Positions 8,439 to 19,506 are shown, numbered from the stretch's first letter. The stretch is DNA of 64,000 nt from Candidatus Cloacimonadales bacterium (GCA_963678315.1 OY782781.1:576001-640000), one strand, 5' to 3'. The notes: generated by a model from the sequence alone, not told the origin. Made by a program: numbers and translations.

Positions 8439-9044
8439 CTAAAAGTCCAAACGCTTAATATAATGTTTGGTTACAAAAAATAAAATTAAAAGTAAAATAA
8501 TTCCAGGAAGGGCAATAATCCATTCTACGATTAAATTTTCATTTTTTAGAAATCCAAGAGTAAAAGTAGTTAATCCAACAAAAGATCCAACAGCAATAAG
8601 AACATTCACTATATTGCCCCACATTCCAAAATGCCTGAAATAGTCAAATCCAACTTTAGCTAGAACAGCCGAAGCTCCTGTTGCAAGCAATAGATATGGT
8701 AATTCTTCAAGATTCTTAAAAGCAAATTCATTAGGAACAAAATGATTTTGAATTAAAACAAAAGCGACCATTAGAGAATTTACTGCAAATAAATTGATTA
8801 AGTAAGCTGTGTAATCAGCTAGGAATAGCATATTCCTGGAAACAGGTAATCCTGTAAAGGCAGCGTGTGAATACTTGTGTTGAGCAATGTACATAGAAGC
8901 TGTCCAACCTGAAGCCATGATAGAATAGGTGTAAATTGAGCCTTCTACTGATGATACTATGTGAAAAAAGAATATATATGCTAGGCTGGACCAAAGTAGA
9001 AACTTGGTGGCAAACAAGAAATATTTCACTAATTTAAAATACAT
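8439..9044 (-). CDS. ABC-2-type membrane permease
   Basis: About 6 hydrophobic helices, LPVSR motif, C-terminal KRLDF; operon context. Confidence 0.7.
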   Translation of the reverse strand: MYFKLVKYFLFATKFLLWSSLAYIFFFHIVSSVEGSIYTYSIMASGWTASMYIAQHKYSHAAFTGLPVSRNMLFLADYTAYLINLFAVNSLMVAFVLIQNHFVPNEFAFKNLEELPYLLLATGASAVLAKVGFDYFRHFGMWGNIVNVLIAVGSFVGLTTFTLGFLKNENLIVEWIIALPGIILLLILFFVTKHYIKRLDF

Positions 9045-9052
9045 GATTCCTC

Positions 9053-9664
9053 CTAGAAATCTATACTTTCTATCTTCTTGGCTGAATAAAGATATCCAGC
9101 AGTCCAGTTAAATATGCTTACTAAAATTGATATTGTAGTAAGTATGTAGATATTAACATTTTCAATAATAGTTATTCCCAAAAAGAAGAGAACAATCAAT
9201 AACGCTACTGGCATGGTTATCCAATATATAATTTTATTGTTTACATCGAAGATATGAGTTTTCCCCTTTGAAGCTAAGTAAAGAGGTAGAGGATAGACAA
9301 TAAGTGCATAAAAAGACATCATTGTAAATATTGCTAAGTAATAATTTAAGCGAAATTGTCCATCTTCAGGAACACCTAGAAACTTATCACTAAAATAAAC
9401 AATAAGACTAAAATATGTGATTAGTAAGGTCTGAATAGTTATCATGAATAAATAAGAACCTTTAATTATATCTTTTCTACTTATTGGAAGAGTTGAATTA
9501 ATCCTGAAATCAGCCAAGAGATGAAGGGTTATTCCATTAAATGACATCCAAGTTAAAAATAAGATGTTGTTATTCTCTATTGAAATAAAGACTATTGGAA
9601 TGATGATAAATCCAAATATCGTTGATAACTTATTAGAGAAATAGCGTTTGTATATCTTAAGCAT
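9053..9664 (-). CDS. ABC-2-type membrane permease
   Basis: TLPISRKDII motif and hydrophobic helices. Confidence 0.75.
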   Translation of the reverse strand: MLKIYKRYFSNKLSTIFGFIIIPIVFISIENNNILFLTWMSFNGITLHLLADFRINSTLPISRKDIIKGSYLFMITIQTLLITYFSLIVYFSDKFLGVPEDGQFRLNYYLAIFTMMSFYALIVYPLPLYLASKGKTHIFDVNNKIIYWITMPVALLIVLFFLGITIIENVNIYILTTISILVSIFNWTAGYLYSAKKIESIDF

Positions 9665-9674
9665 AAATTTACTC

Positions 9675-10529
9675 CTATTTTCTACAATAATGAACCATTA
9701 TATCTTCTACTTTAGGCTTCTCTACTACATAGTTTTCGCCTAAAAGAGAGATAACATCATCCACTTGTCTAGTTAAACCTTCAAAACCAAACTTATTATT
9801 TCTTACATTAACAAAGAGATTCTTAGATGCAGATTCTAATTTAGCATAGTCACCTTTTACTATCTTGTGAGAATCGAGTATGTCATCCTTAGTGCCAAAA
9901 AGGACATTCTTTCCCCCTCTCATGACCATTAAATAGTCCGCACACTTATCTAAATCTGAAGTAATATGAGTAGAGATAATAATGCTTTTATCAGTGTTTT
10001 CAACTTCTAGCATGAGGGTATTAAGAATCTCTTCACGGAAAATAGGATCTAAGCCTGCTGTGGGTTCATCAAGTATGAGAAGTTGAGCATCATGAGATAA
10101 AGCAAAAGCAAGAGAAACCTTAACACGTTCACCTGTAGAAAGCTTCTGAAGTGTACTCTTCTTTCTAATTTCAAATTGTTCAAGATACCATTGATACTTC
10201 TTTTCATCCCACTTAGAATAGAAATGACCATAAGTCTTACCTAAATTCTTTGCTCTTAAACCTGGATTAAAAATCGCATCTGTATTAACAAAACCAATTC
10301 TATCTCTAATTTCAACTGCATCTGTATCTTGGCTTTTCCCAAACACTTCCACTAAGCCTGATTTCTTTACAGCCATTCCAATGATTGTCTTGATTAATGT
10401 TGTTTTACCCGAGCCATTAGGTCCAACTATGCCTAAAATCGTCCCTTTCTCTAGAGAAAAACTAATCTCTCCCAATGTAAAATGTCTATATTCCTTAACT
10501 AGATTCTTAATGTTTATAATCTTACTCAT
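9675..10529 (-). CDS. ABC transporter ATP-binding protein (YtrB-like)
   Basis: GPNGSGKTT, LSTGE, LILDEPT. Confidence 0.92.
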   Translation of the reverse strand: MSKIINIKNLVKEYRHFTLGEISFSLEKGTILGIVGPNGSGKTTLIKTIIGMAVKKSGLVEVFGKSQDTDAVEIRDRIGFVNTDAIFNPGLRAKNLGKTYGHFYSKWDEKKYQWYLEQFEIRKKSTLQKLSTGERVKVSLAFALSHDAQLLILDEPTAGLDPIFREEILNTLMLEVENTDKSIIISTHITSDLDKCADYLMVMRGGKNVLFGTKDDILDSHKIVKGDYAKLESASKNLFVNVRNNKFGFEGLTRQVDDVISLLGENYVVEKPKVEDIMVHYCRK

Positions 10530-10533
10530 ATGC

Positions 10534-10905
10534 TTACTCCTCACTTAATATTTTTAGTATTTGAACTAACTCATCGAAATTCAGATTAATCGTCTTTGCT
10601 TCTTTTAAGGCTGAAGTAAGATGTTCCTCAACCCTACGCATTCTCATCTCTTTTAAATACTCTAAGTTAGCTTTAGCAACAAAGGTTCCTTTACCAGGAA
10701 CAGTCTCAACAAAACGCTCTCGTTCAAGCTCAGTGTATGCCTTCTTGGTGGTAATTACACTAATCTTGAGCTCCCTAGCTAAGCTTCTTATTGAAGGAAG
10801 CATATCGCCATCTGCTAGTTCTTTACTGAGAATCTGTTCTTTTATTTGCTCTGCTATCTGTTGGTAAATAGGCTTTTCAGAGCTATTACTTATCAGAATA
10901 ATCAT
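10534..10905 (-). CDS. GntR/YtrA-family transcriptional regulator
   Basis: PIYQQI, LPSIRSLA, GKGTFV; short C-terminal domain. Confidence 0.92.
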   Translation of the reverse strand: MIILISNSSEKPIYQQIAEQIKEQILSKELADGDMLPSIRSLARELKISVITTKKAYTELERERFVETVPGKGTFVAKANLEYLKEMRMRRVEEHLTSALKEAKTINLNFDELVQILKILSEE

Positions 10906-10965
10906 AAGTATTTCCTTTCTTAAGTTTAAACTGTCAACTTACACTAAAGTAATGAAAAGTTATTA

Positions 10966-11014
10966 GTGTATATATCGTATATACACAATCTAATCAGTTT
11001 TGATTATTCGTCAA
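10966..11014 (-). promoter_or_regulatory. Promoter and YtrA-type operator
   Basis: Perfect inverted repeat GTGTATATA-TCG-TATATACAC (10966-10986), directly downstream of TTGACG-N16-TAGATT on the minus strand. Confidence 0.75.
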
Positions 11015-11129
11015 GGAAAAAGTTGTTGATAGGGGGAATGACAAGTCTTAATCAAATAAAATGGACAAGCCTAGTATCCTATTATGAAAAGGAATTTAAC
11101 TTGTCCAATTGAGTTATTTGAAGTGAAAA

Positions 11130-12533
11130 TTATTTTTCTGTAAGAAGTTTTCCTATTGATTTATTATATTTTAGTTTTGATATTTCTAGCTCCATTTTAG
11201 CAGAAGTGAGTTGGCTTTTAACCTTTTGCCATGAAGCTTGGGCATCTAATAATTCTGTTAATGTTTCTCTTCCAGCAGTGAAACTATCATTAACTATACG
11301 AAGGTTCTCTTCTGCTTGTTCTAATGAGAGTAGAGAAATATTGTAAGCTGTTATGGCATCTTGATAAGCAAACTTATTCTTATTTACTTCTAGCTCCATC
11401 AATTCTTTGTAGTGGTCAAAGTTTAGCTCTGAGATATTATGTTCATTCTTAGCAACACCAACCTTATAAAAAGAATCAAACCATTGAAATATTGGAACAG
11501 ATAAATTAGCTAAAATAGTGTATTCGACAGACTCGCTAGTCTCATCATTTAGTTCATACTCAAGATAAGAATAATCAGCAGATAGACCTATTTGAGGAAG
11601 AAAATCAGCTCTAGCGATATCAATCTTCTTTTTAGAGACCTGCACAGATTTAGCAAGAACTTGATAGTCTCTTCTATTCTGGATTGCTGGATTAGTATCT
11701 ATATCTAATTGAGGAATAATCTCTATATTCTCCAGTGCCATATCATTAGTATTTGAACCTATCTTCTGAGACAAATCCATTTTGCTAAGTTTTAAACCAT
11801 GTTTTGCTTTCTCTACCATAAGCTTTGTTTCATTGAGTTTAACTTGAGCTTTTAATAGATCATTTCTGGTTCTTAGCCCTGCATCAACAGCATTCTCTAC
11901 ATCAGCAACTAAATTAGTAAGCATTTCATTATACTCTCTTGCTGTTGCCAGATTCTCTTGAACTGTTAACACACGCCAATATGATTCAGTTACATCTACA
12001 ATTAGTTGCTCTTTGGACATTGAGAACTGAAGCTGAGAGATATCTTTCCCAATCTTAGCAATATTGTATGCTGAATTAATCTTACCACCCATGTAGATAG
12101 GTTGCTTTAGAGAAAGACCTGCCATTAAACCACTTTTAGGAAGAACCTCTGCTGTAATATCCGGCATATAAGCATAACTAGTAAATACTGGATTACCGTC
12201 TGGACCGATAACAAGGTTACCTGTTGCATCTGTAAGTAGATTAGCCTGTAAAGCACCATTAGCATCTGGTGAATAAGTAGGTAAATACCCACCATCTAGA
12301 GTAAGGTCTGTAGCATTCTCTCTAAGCATATAGTTAGCTGAAAATGACAGTTTTGGTAGAAAGTTCGTTCTATAAGACTTCCTAGTTTTCTCAGCATTCT
12401 CAACCTTTATCTCACTTTGTTTAAGAAGCTTATTATTCTCAAAGCTCATATTTATTGCTTGGTCCAAAGAGAGATTTACACTAAATAAAGAAGCAACTGC
12501 AAATACCATTAACAAAATATATAATCTCTTCAT
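11130..12533 (-). CDS. TolC-family outer membrane efflux protein
   Basis: Signal peptide, duplicated FLP(K/Q) beta segments and coiled coils; last gene of the RND operon. Confidence 0.88.
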   Translation of the reverse strand: MKRLYILLMVFAVASLFSVNLSLDQAINMSFENNKLLKQSEIKVENAEKTRKSYRTNFLPKLSFSANYMLRENATDLTLDGGYLPTYSPDANGALQANLLTDATGNLVIGPDGNPVFTSYAYMPDITAEVLPKSGLMAGLSLKQPIYMGGKINSAYNIAKIGKDISQLQFSMSKEQLIVDVTESYWRVLTVQENLATAREYNEMLTNLVADVENAVDAGLRTRNDLLKAQVKLNETKLMVEKAKHGLKLSKMDLSQKIGSNTNDMALENIEIIPQLDIDTNPAIQNRRDYQVLAKSVQVSKKKIDIARADFLPQIGLSADYSYLEYELNDETSESVEYTILANLSVPIFQWFDSFYKVGVAKNEHNISELNFDHYKELMELEVNKNKFAYQDAITAYNISLLSLEQAEENLRIVNDSFTAGRETLTELLDAQASWQKVKSQLTSAKMELEISKLKYNKSIGKLLTEK

Positions 12534-12535
12534 CT

Positions 12536-15500
12536 TTACTCCCCTTTTTTAGCTTTTACATTAAAAAGAATACAGTACATAACTGGGATAAATATCAGAA
12601 CAATAAGCGTTCCGACTAGTAATCCACCCATTATGGTTACAGCTAAGCCACCAAACATATCATCAGGGACTAGAGGCACCATACCCAAAATAGTAGTTAA
12701 GGAAGCCATCATTACAGGTCTTGTTCTAGATACAGCTGAATCAACAACTGCATTATAAGCATCTTTCCCGTTATTAATTTCTTCACCAATTTCATCTAGC
12801 AGAACTACACCATTCTTAATCATCATTCCCAGTAAACCTAAAGCACCCACAATAGCAGTGAAACCAAATTCCTTACCGGTTAGAAGCATTCCAGCAGTAA
12901 TACCAATAAGAATAAGGGGAAGACTAGAAATGATTATGATAGGCTTTTTAAAGTCTTTAAATAGAATGATTAGCATTGAGAGCATAAGTACCACAGCTAA
13001 AGGTAAATTCAAGAATAAGTACTTCTTCGAATTATTACTTGCTTGATACTCACCTTGCCAAGCAAGTTCATAGCCAGCAGGAAGATTGATTGCTTCAACA
13101 TCAGCTTTAATTGCATTTAGTGCTTCTGTGGCATTATAGCCCGAAGCATTATTACATTGTGCTTTGATAGCACGCTGACTATTATACCTTCTAATCACGG
13201 GTTCTTCCCATTTTGTATAAATCCCCTTTGTTACTTGGGAAAGAGGAATAGAACCGTAGAATTCGCTAAGATCTATATTTTGGTCCATGACCATGTTTTG
13301 AATAGTAGTCTTATCAGGAAGGTGTAGCGGGAATGCACTCCATACTGGGAAGTTATTTAAATCTTCAATCTTAGAACCATCACTTTCAATACTCTTTATC
13401 ATTATTGGCAAAGAAGTATTACCCTCGTACATCTTTCCAATAGGAATTCCATCAGTAGCTGCAAGAATAGAAGTACCAAGATCAGATCTTGAAATACCAC
13501 TTCTTCTAGCAGTAGCCTGGTAGTAATCTACAAGTAAATAAGGAGTCTGAGGCTCCCAATCATTGGTTACTAGAATTGTCTTATCATTCTTATCCATTAT
13601 CTCTTGAGCTTGACTTGCTAAATCTCTAAGCACTGCAGGATCCGGACCTGTAAACATTGCTTCAATAGGGAATTTCTTGTACATTAGATTATAGCGTTTA
13701 ATTCTGCTAAAAGCTTCTGGATAGTTTGTATTTAAGTATTCTTGTAATTCTGGAATCATCTTTTTAAGAGTTTCTGCATCAGTGAAATCAACAATTAGTT
13801 CTCCATAAGACATAGAATTCTCAGCTATAGAACGAACTAGATTATAACGTGAAGGAGTTCCACCAATACTAGTTGTAATATTTGTTATCTCTTCTCTAGC
13901 TAAGAAGTTATCTTCTATTTCAGCCAGCTTTGCTTTGATTGTCTCTGATTTAGTCCCTTCCGGCATCTTGAATTCAACGTATACTTGATTATAAGAAAGA
14001 TCAGGAAAGAATCCCTGCTTTATTTGTTTGAATCCAAAAAAACTAGCGATTAAGAGAATGATTGTTAAAGCTATCATTAATGTTTTATGATTAACAGACC
14101 AGACAATAGTCTTTCTAATTGCTTTTTTAGTTAAGCTCTCTTTAGCATCTTTAGCTTTGACTTTAACTTTTAAGAACTTTTCTGATGAGATTGGTGTTTG
14201 TGTAAGAGCAAGAATCCAGCTCATTAGTAGAGAAACAGCCAACACAATAAATAAGTCCTTGATATACTCTCCAGTAGTATCAGGAGATAAGAATATAGGC
14301 AAGAAAGCAAAGATAGCGATTAAGGTAGCTCCCAAGAGAGGGAAAGCAGTCTTTTTAGCTGTTCTAACAAGAGCTTCTTTGCGATTAAGTCCCTTCTCAA
14401 GATCATTAATGATACCATCTACAACAACAATTGCATTATCGACCAACATACCCATGGCTACTATAAAAGCACCAAGTGAAACTCTTTGTAATGTTCCGTC
14501 TAACATAAAGAGAATTACAAATGTTGAAAGTATTGTAAGAACTAAACTATAACCAATGAGAATACCGCTTCTAAGCCCCATCACGAACATAAGAATTAAG
14601 ATAACAATAGCAACTGATTCTATTAGGTTTATCATGAAATTATTGATAGCAATATCTACTTTTTCTGGCTGGAAGAAGACTTTTTCAAATTCTATACCTT
14701 CAGGAATCCTAGTCTTTAAAGAACTAATCTTATCATCAACAGCCTGACCTAAATTAATGATGTTTCCACCTGATTGCATTGCAATAGAGATACCCAGTGC
14801 TTGTTTTTTATTATATCGTAACTCATTTCTGAAAGGTTCTTTATAGCCTCTTGTTACTTTAGCAATATCTTTAAGTTTCATTTGATCATTCTCATGACCC
14901 TGAATAATTAAGTTCTCTATGTCATCAATTGATTTATAAGTGTCATTAACAGCAACTCTTATTCTAGAATCACCTGACTCATAAGATCCTGAATAAACCG
15001 ATTCATTTTGAGAGTTAATAGTATTTAATACTTCTATAGGCAAAACTCCAAGTCTAGCCATGTCTTGTCTAGAAACTTCGATATTTATACATGGACTTTG
15101 ATTTCCGTAGATAGATACACGTTTTACATCATCTAAAGAAAGTAGCTCTCTTTTAAGAAGCTCCGCATAATCACTCATTTCTTCATAAGTATAATCATCA
15201 GATGTCATGGCATAGAACATTCCATATACATCTCCGAAGTCATCAAAGACTAATGAAGTTTGAGCTCCGCTAGGTAAGGAATTTTGGATATCACTAACTT
15301 TTCTACGTAAAGAATCCCATAATTGCTCAACTTCTTCATTGCCTACAGTTTTACCTAACTCGACTTTTATTTCAGAATAGTTGGCTAAGCTTCGAGAAGA
15401 AATATTATCTAACTTACCCATGGTGTTGAGAGATTTCTCTAAGGGATCTGTTACCTGCATTTCTACTTCATGAGCTGTTGCACCTGGGTAAAGAGTTATT

Positions 15501-15640
15501 ACCAATGCCTGCTTTACCTTTAACTCAGGATCTTCCAATTTGCTCATATTTATGAAAGAGAAGACTCCTCCAACTATGATTACAAATATTAGGAAGTATA
15601 AAACTGCTTTATTTTTGAAAGCTAGCTCTGTTAAGTTCAT
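12536..15640 (-). CDS. RND efflux permease (AcrB/AcrD/AcrF family)
   Basis: 1034 aa; GMLVDNAIVV and RTRPVMMASLTT. Confidence 0.95.
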   Translation of the reverse strand: MNLTELAFKNKAVLYFLIFVIIVGGVFSFINMSKLEDPELKVKQALVITLYPGATAHEVEMQVTDPLEKSLNTMGKLDNISSRSLANYSEIKVELGKTVGNEEVEQLWDSLRRKVSDIQNSLPSGAQTSLVFDDFGDVYGMFYAMTSDDYTYEEMSDYAELLKRELLSLDDVKRVSIYGNQSPCINIEVSRQDMARLGVLPIEVLNTINSQNESVYSGSYESGDSRIRVAVNDTYKSIDDIENLIIQGHENDQMKLKDIAKVTRGYKEPFRNELRYNKKQALGISIAMQSGGNIINLGQAVDDKISSLKTRIPEGIEFEKVFFQPEKVDIAINNFMINLIESVAIVILILMFVMGLRSGILIGYSLVLTILSTFVILFMLDGTLQRVSLGAFIVAMGMLVDNAIVVVDGIINDLEKGLNRKEALVRTAKKTAFPLLGATLIAIFAFLPIFLSPDTTGEYIKDLFIVLAVSLLMSWILALTQTPISSEKFLKVKVKAKDAKESLTKKAIRKTIVWSVNHKTLMIALTIILLIASFFGFKQIKQGFFPDLSYNQVYVEFKMPEGTKSETIKAKLAEIEDNFLAREEITNITTSIGGTPSRYNLVRSIAENSMSYGELIVDFTDAETLKKMIPELQEYLNTNYPEAFSRIKRYNLMYKKFPIEAMFTGPDPAVLRDLASQAQEIMDKNDKTILVTNDWEPQTPYLLVDYYQATARRSGISRSDLGTSILAATDGIPIGKMYEGNTSLPIMIKSIESDGSKIEDLNNFPVWSAFPLHLPDKTTIQNMVMDQNIDLSEFYGSIPLSQVTKGIYTKWEEPVIRRYNSQRAIKAQCNNASGYNATEALNAIKADVEAINLPAGYELAWQGEYQASNNSKKYLFLNLPLAVVLMLSMLIILFKDFKKPIIIISSLPLILIGITAGMLLTGKEFGFTAIVGALGLLGMMIKNGVVLLDEIGEEINNGKDAYNAVVDSAVSRTRPVMMASLTTILGMVPLVPDDMFGGLAVTIMGGLLVGTLIVLIFIPVMYCILFNVKAKKGE

Positions 15641-16698
15641 AGCATTTCTCCATAGTTACTAACAGAAGGTCTTTCAATTGCCTTTACTTTCATATTGTCT
15701 TCAAGATTACTAATCCCTGCTTCAATGATTTCATCATTTATACTTAGTCCAGATTTTATAACAATCCAGCCCTTAGCATCTACCTTACCTACAGTCACAG
15801 CCTGTCTCTTAACTTGCTTATTAGCCCTATTAAATATCCAGACATAATTATTTTCTTGGTCTCTTTCAATTGCTCTAAATGGGACTTTTAAAAGATTTCT
15901 CTCGCGTGATTTACTTAAAATTGTTACTTCTACTGTCATACCTGGAGAAAATCTCTTATCCTTGTTATGCAGATCAAAAATCATCTTATACAACTGATTA
16001 TTATTACCTTTCATAGAAACACTTTTAACAGTCAAAGGGTATCTAGTTGGATTATCTTCAAGTTCCATATAGAAATCAACAAAGTTATTTCTCTGTAAGA
16101 AATATTCTGAAGCTAAGTTAATCTCAACTTGAAGTTTATCATCTGAGAACATCGAGATAGCAGGCATTCCTGCATCTAAGATTTCTCCTTCTTCAAAGTT
16201 GATTCTATTAACATACCCAGAGAAGGGAGCCTTTAATTCAGTATAAGATAAGTTATTCTTCTCAGCTTCATATTTAGCAGTAATTTGTTTCTTTCCTGCT
16301 ACAGCTTTATCATAATCACTTTCACTTATACTATTCTTATTATATAGCTCAATTACCCTATCTACATCTGCAATAATTTTCTCATACTCTGCTTTTACTG
16401 CATTAAACTTATGTAAGTAGTCCTTATTGTCTAATTTTACTAAAACTTGGTCCTTTTTCACATATTGACCCTCTTCAACTAGAAGATCTGCAATGTAACC
16501 AGGGATTCTAAAACTAAGGTTAGCTTCTTTACCTTCGACTATCAAACCAGATGTCTCAATTGTCTCAAGCGAATCCACTTGTTGAGGGGAACATACTTTT
16601 ACAGGCCTGATTATATCAACAGTTTTCTCTTCTTTTCCACAGGAAACAAGTATGATTGCTGCTAGTATACTTAAAATAATTGCTGTGTATCTTTTCAT
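15637..16698 (-). CDS. RND periplasmic adaptor (MFP) lipoprotein
   Basis: Lipobox LVSC, VEEGQYVKK, LKAPFSG. Confidence 0.9.
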   Translation of the reverse strand: MKRYTAIILSILAAIILVSCGKEEKTVDIIRPVKVCSPQQVDSLETIETSGLIVEGKEANLSFRIPGYIADLLVEEGQYVKKDQVLVKLDNKDYLHKFNAVKAEYEKIIADVDRVIELYNKNSISESDYDKAVAGKKQITAKYEAEKNNLSYTELKAPFSGYVNRINFEEGEILDAGMPAISMFSDDKLQVEINLASEYFLQRNNFVDFYMELEDNPTRYPLTVKSVSMKGNNNQLYKMIFDLHNKDKRFSPGMTVEVTILSKSRERNLLKVPFRAIERDQENNYVWIFNRANKQVKRQAVTVGKVDAKGWIVIKSGLSINDEIIEAGISNLEDNMKVKAIERPSVSNYGEML

Positions 16699-16699
16699 T

Positions 16700-17290
16700 T
16701 TATTTCTCCTCAATTTTATCATTAATCTTGTTTATTACTCCCTCTAGAAGCATATTATACATTGATTGAATCCTATGTATTATCTCATTATCATTTAAAT
16801 CACTCAAGCAGTAATAATCGAAGATTACCTTAAACCCTTCAATCAATATCTTAGCTTCTATGTTGTCTTTGACTATTCCTGCTTTTTGCAAAGAAAGAAC
16901 TTTATCATTTAACAATATTAATGCTTCATCCCAGTGAACCAATAACTTCTTCCTAATAAAAGGATAATCTTTAAATATCTGTTTCTGAAGTACTCTGTAA
17001 TTACCAATACTTAGCTTGGCTAACTTAAAAGTAAAGTCCTCGTCACATAATGAAGATTTTTCATCTAGTAAGCTATTAAGTACTCCTATTCGTGTTTCTA
17101 TGAGGAAATCATAGGCTATTTTCTCTATTAAATTCTCTTTGGACTGAATTATTTTGTACAATGTTGCCTTAGACAAAGAACTCGCCTTGGCCAAACTATC
17201 CATACTAAGTGATTTTAATCCATTATTGACTATAATCTTCTTAGCTTCATCTTCTATTATCTCAAGATATGATTCATCTTTTGCTTTCAT
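16700..17290 (-). CDS. TetR/AcrR-family regulator
   Basis: SMDSLAKASSLSKATLYK HTH. Confidence 0.85.
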   Translation of the reverse strand: MKAKDESYLEIIEDEAKKIIVNNGLKSLSMDSLAKASSLSKATLYKIIQSKENLIEKIAYDFLIETRIGVLNSLLDEKSSLCDEDFTFKLAKLSIGNYRVLQKQIFKDYPFIRKKLLVHWDEALILLNDKVLSLQKAGIVKDNIEAKILIEGFKVIFDYYCLSDLNDNEIIHRIQSMYNMLLEGVINKINDKIEEK

Positions 17291-17306
17291 AAATTAAACT
17301 CCACAT

Positions 17307-17326
17307 ACTAACATAGTTTAGTTAGT
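17307..17326. promoter_or_regulatory. Candidate TetR operator
   Basis: ACTAAC-N8-GTTAGT palindrome just upstream of the tetR RBS. Confidence 0.5.
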
Positions 17327-17484
17327 CTCATTAATTTTGCTTGATAGCTTGTGTCAAGAAGAATATAGCTTGTCTATAATTATTATGTACTCACTTTTTG
17401 TGTTTTAGGCACACTTTAGTGAAATAAACAAAAAAAGAGGTGAAGTTATAAACTACACCTCTATAAAAGTTCTAACTTTTGTAT

Positions 17485-19386
17485 TTATTTTTGCAAGAGA
17501 AGTTTATTAGTCCATGACTTTCCATTACAAGTCATTTTGCATAAATAAATACCACTAGCAACACTATTACCTTGTTTATTGGTCGCATGCCAAACAACTT
17601 TATAGTTTCCAGGATTGCTATGACTTAACTTTTTATCCCATATTTTTCTTCCAGTAATGCTAAATATTTCAATGCTTACTTCTCCAGCATCTTTTAGTGT
17701 ATAAGAAATTGATGTTGATGGATTGAAGGGGTTTGGGTAAGCAGTATGTAATTTAGTTACCACAGGAATATCTATAGCTGGTGTTTCTGTGTTATTTTCG
17801 ACAAGTATAATAACTGGACCATGATAGTAGTTGCTTCCGTTGAACTCAGATATTTTAAGCCAATAATAGAAAGTTCCTGTTTCCTCCAAGCATTTATCTT
17901 CGAAAGCATAAGTATGATTTAAAGGTGTATTTGTTGCGAAGATTGATTTTCCAACTTGGATAGCAGTCGATAAGTCATTTTCCTTTGATCTAAATATGCT
18001 ATAATCACTTAATCCAGATTCACTATTTGTTACCCAATTTAGTGAAACAGTATTCTCATTTGAGTAAAAACCAGTAAAGGAAGAAAAAGTAACAGGTAGA
18101 GTAGTATCTTCGGTAGAGATAATAATTGGTACATCTCCCTTGCTTGCAAATGGAACATTTGAGAATATCACTTGAGATTCGCCAATTGCAGGATAAGCAC
18201 TCCCCTTATGCCAAGTTAATCCACCATTCTCTGGATCATTGTAATAGGCTACTACATACCAAGTACCAGAAGGGACATTAATTTTCAAATCAGTAGAATA
18301 AGAAGCATTGAAGACCATTACAATATCACTATCAGTAGTATTAGCAGGAGTAGGAACTTCTAAGTTGTTAATAGAACCTTGGTTTGCTGAAATTTGCACA
18401 TCTTCTTGTCCAATATAAGTAAAGCCATTTTGATCTTCTAAAGTAAAAGTACCTACAAAAGATATATTTTTATTACTATTAAGATTATTAATCACATTAC
18501 TATCTGAGCCAGTAGCCAAGCTCCACAGATAATTATCTTTTTCCGCATTGATAGTTTCACTAACACCATTTAAAAGAGTAATTGTTCCAGGGTCATTACC
18601 ATAATCTTTAGTAGCAGTAGAGATGTTTACTCCACTTATATTACCAGTATCAATATTAACTGAATAATAAGGAACATTGCTAGACCAACTAGGTGTATTT
18701 ACTAAAGTGGCATTATAACTATTATTTGCACTATTGATAACTGTGGTTCCAGAACCTGTATTGAATAAGAATTCTGCTAAAAGATTTGATGATGTCACGG
18801 AATTAGTTAGATTATTGGATATTTGACTTTGAGACCTAGCAATGTTCCAGATGCGAACTTGGTCTATATACCCTACCATATTTCTCCATTCACCTGAGTT
18901 ATCAATTGCTCCTATTAAAAGATTCTTTGATGTAATGGAGATATTGGAAGAGACATCTTTTGTAGCCACTTCACTACCATTTACATATACTTTTACTACT
19001 GAACCATTGTAAGTAGCTGCAACATGTTGCCAAGTATTCAAAGTTAACACATTAGTAGCTGTACAATCAATCCAAGCATTATTTGGAGCACTCATATTAA
19101 ATTCTAATGTTCCAGATGTTGATCCATAACGAAAAGACCAGCCATAAGTACCTGGATCCCAATCTACTTTTGAAGCAATAGTGTTTTCCCACCTATTGCT
19201 TTTGAAATTTGTAGGATAAATCCAAGCTTCAATAGTGAGATTATTAGTTAAATCATAGTAGCTCGAATTACCACAATCAACATATTGCCCATCTGTACTC
19301 AGTTGCATTGAGTAATCAACACCACTTAGACTTACACAAAAGAAAATCAAGAAATAAAAAAGAATGAAATAATTTTTTGATGACAT
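17485..19386 (-). CDS. Secreted LamG-like jellyroll protein with FlgD-Ig/T9SS-like CTD
   Basis: TIEAWIYP, WQHVAATY, YVNG, IDQVRIWN; LPVTFSSF motif; YPNPFNP CTD. Confidence 0.85.
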   Translation of the reverse strand: MSSKNYFILFYFLIFFCVSLSGVDYSMQLSTDGQYVDCGNSSYYDLTNNLTIEAWIYPTNFKSNRWENTIASKVDWDPGTYGWSFRYGSTSGTLEFNMSAPNNAWIDCTATNVLTLNTWQHVAATYNGSVVKVYVNGSEVATKDVSSNISITSKNLLIGAIDNSGEWRNMVGYIDQVRIWNIARSQSQISNNLTNSVTSSNLLAEFLFNTGSGTTVINSANNSYNATLVNTPSWSSNVPYYSVNIDTGNISGVNISTATKDYGNDPGTITLLNGVSETINAEKDNYLWSLATGSDSNVINNLNSNKNISFVGTFTLEDQNGFTYIGQEDVQISANQGSINNLEVPTPANTTDSDIVMVFNASYSTDLKINVPSGTWYVVAYYNDPENGGLTWHKGSAYPAIGESQVIFSNVPFASKGDVPIIISTEDTTLPVTFSSFTGFYSNENTVSLNWVTNSESGLSDYSIFRSKENDLSTAIQVGKSIFATNTPLNHTYAFEDKCLEETGTFYYWLKISEFNGSNYYHGPVIILVENNTETPAIDIPVVTKLHTAYPNPFNPSTSISYTLKDAGEVSIEIFSITGRKIWDKKLSHSNPGNYKVVWHATNKQGNSVASGIYLCKMTCNGKSWTNKLLLQK

Positions 19387-19506
19387 ATTAAAAACTCCTT
19401 ATTTATGTTATATTTTACAGTTTTACTAGGTTGCTTTCCTACAAATACATTATACATGACAAAATTATCACTTTAGCATTGGGAATAATCAACAATACAA
19501 TATTAT

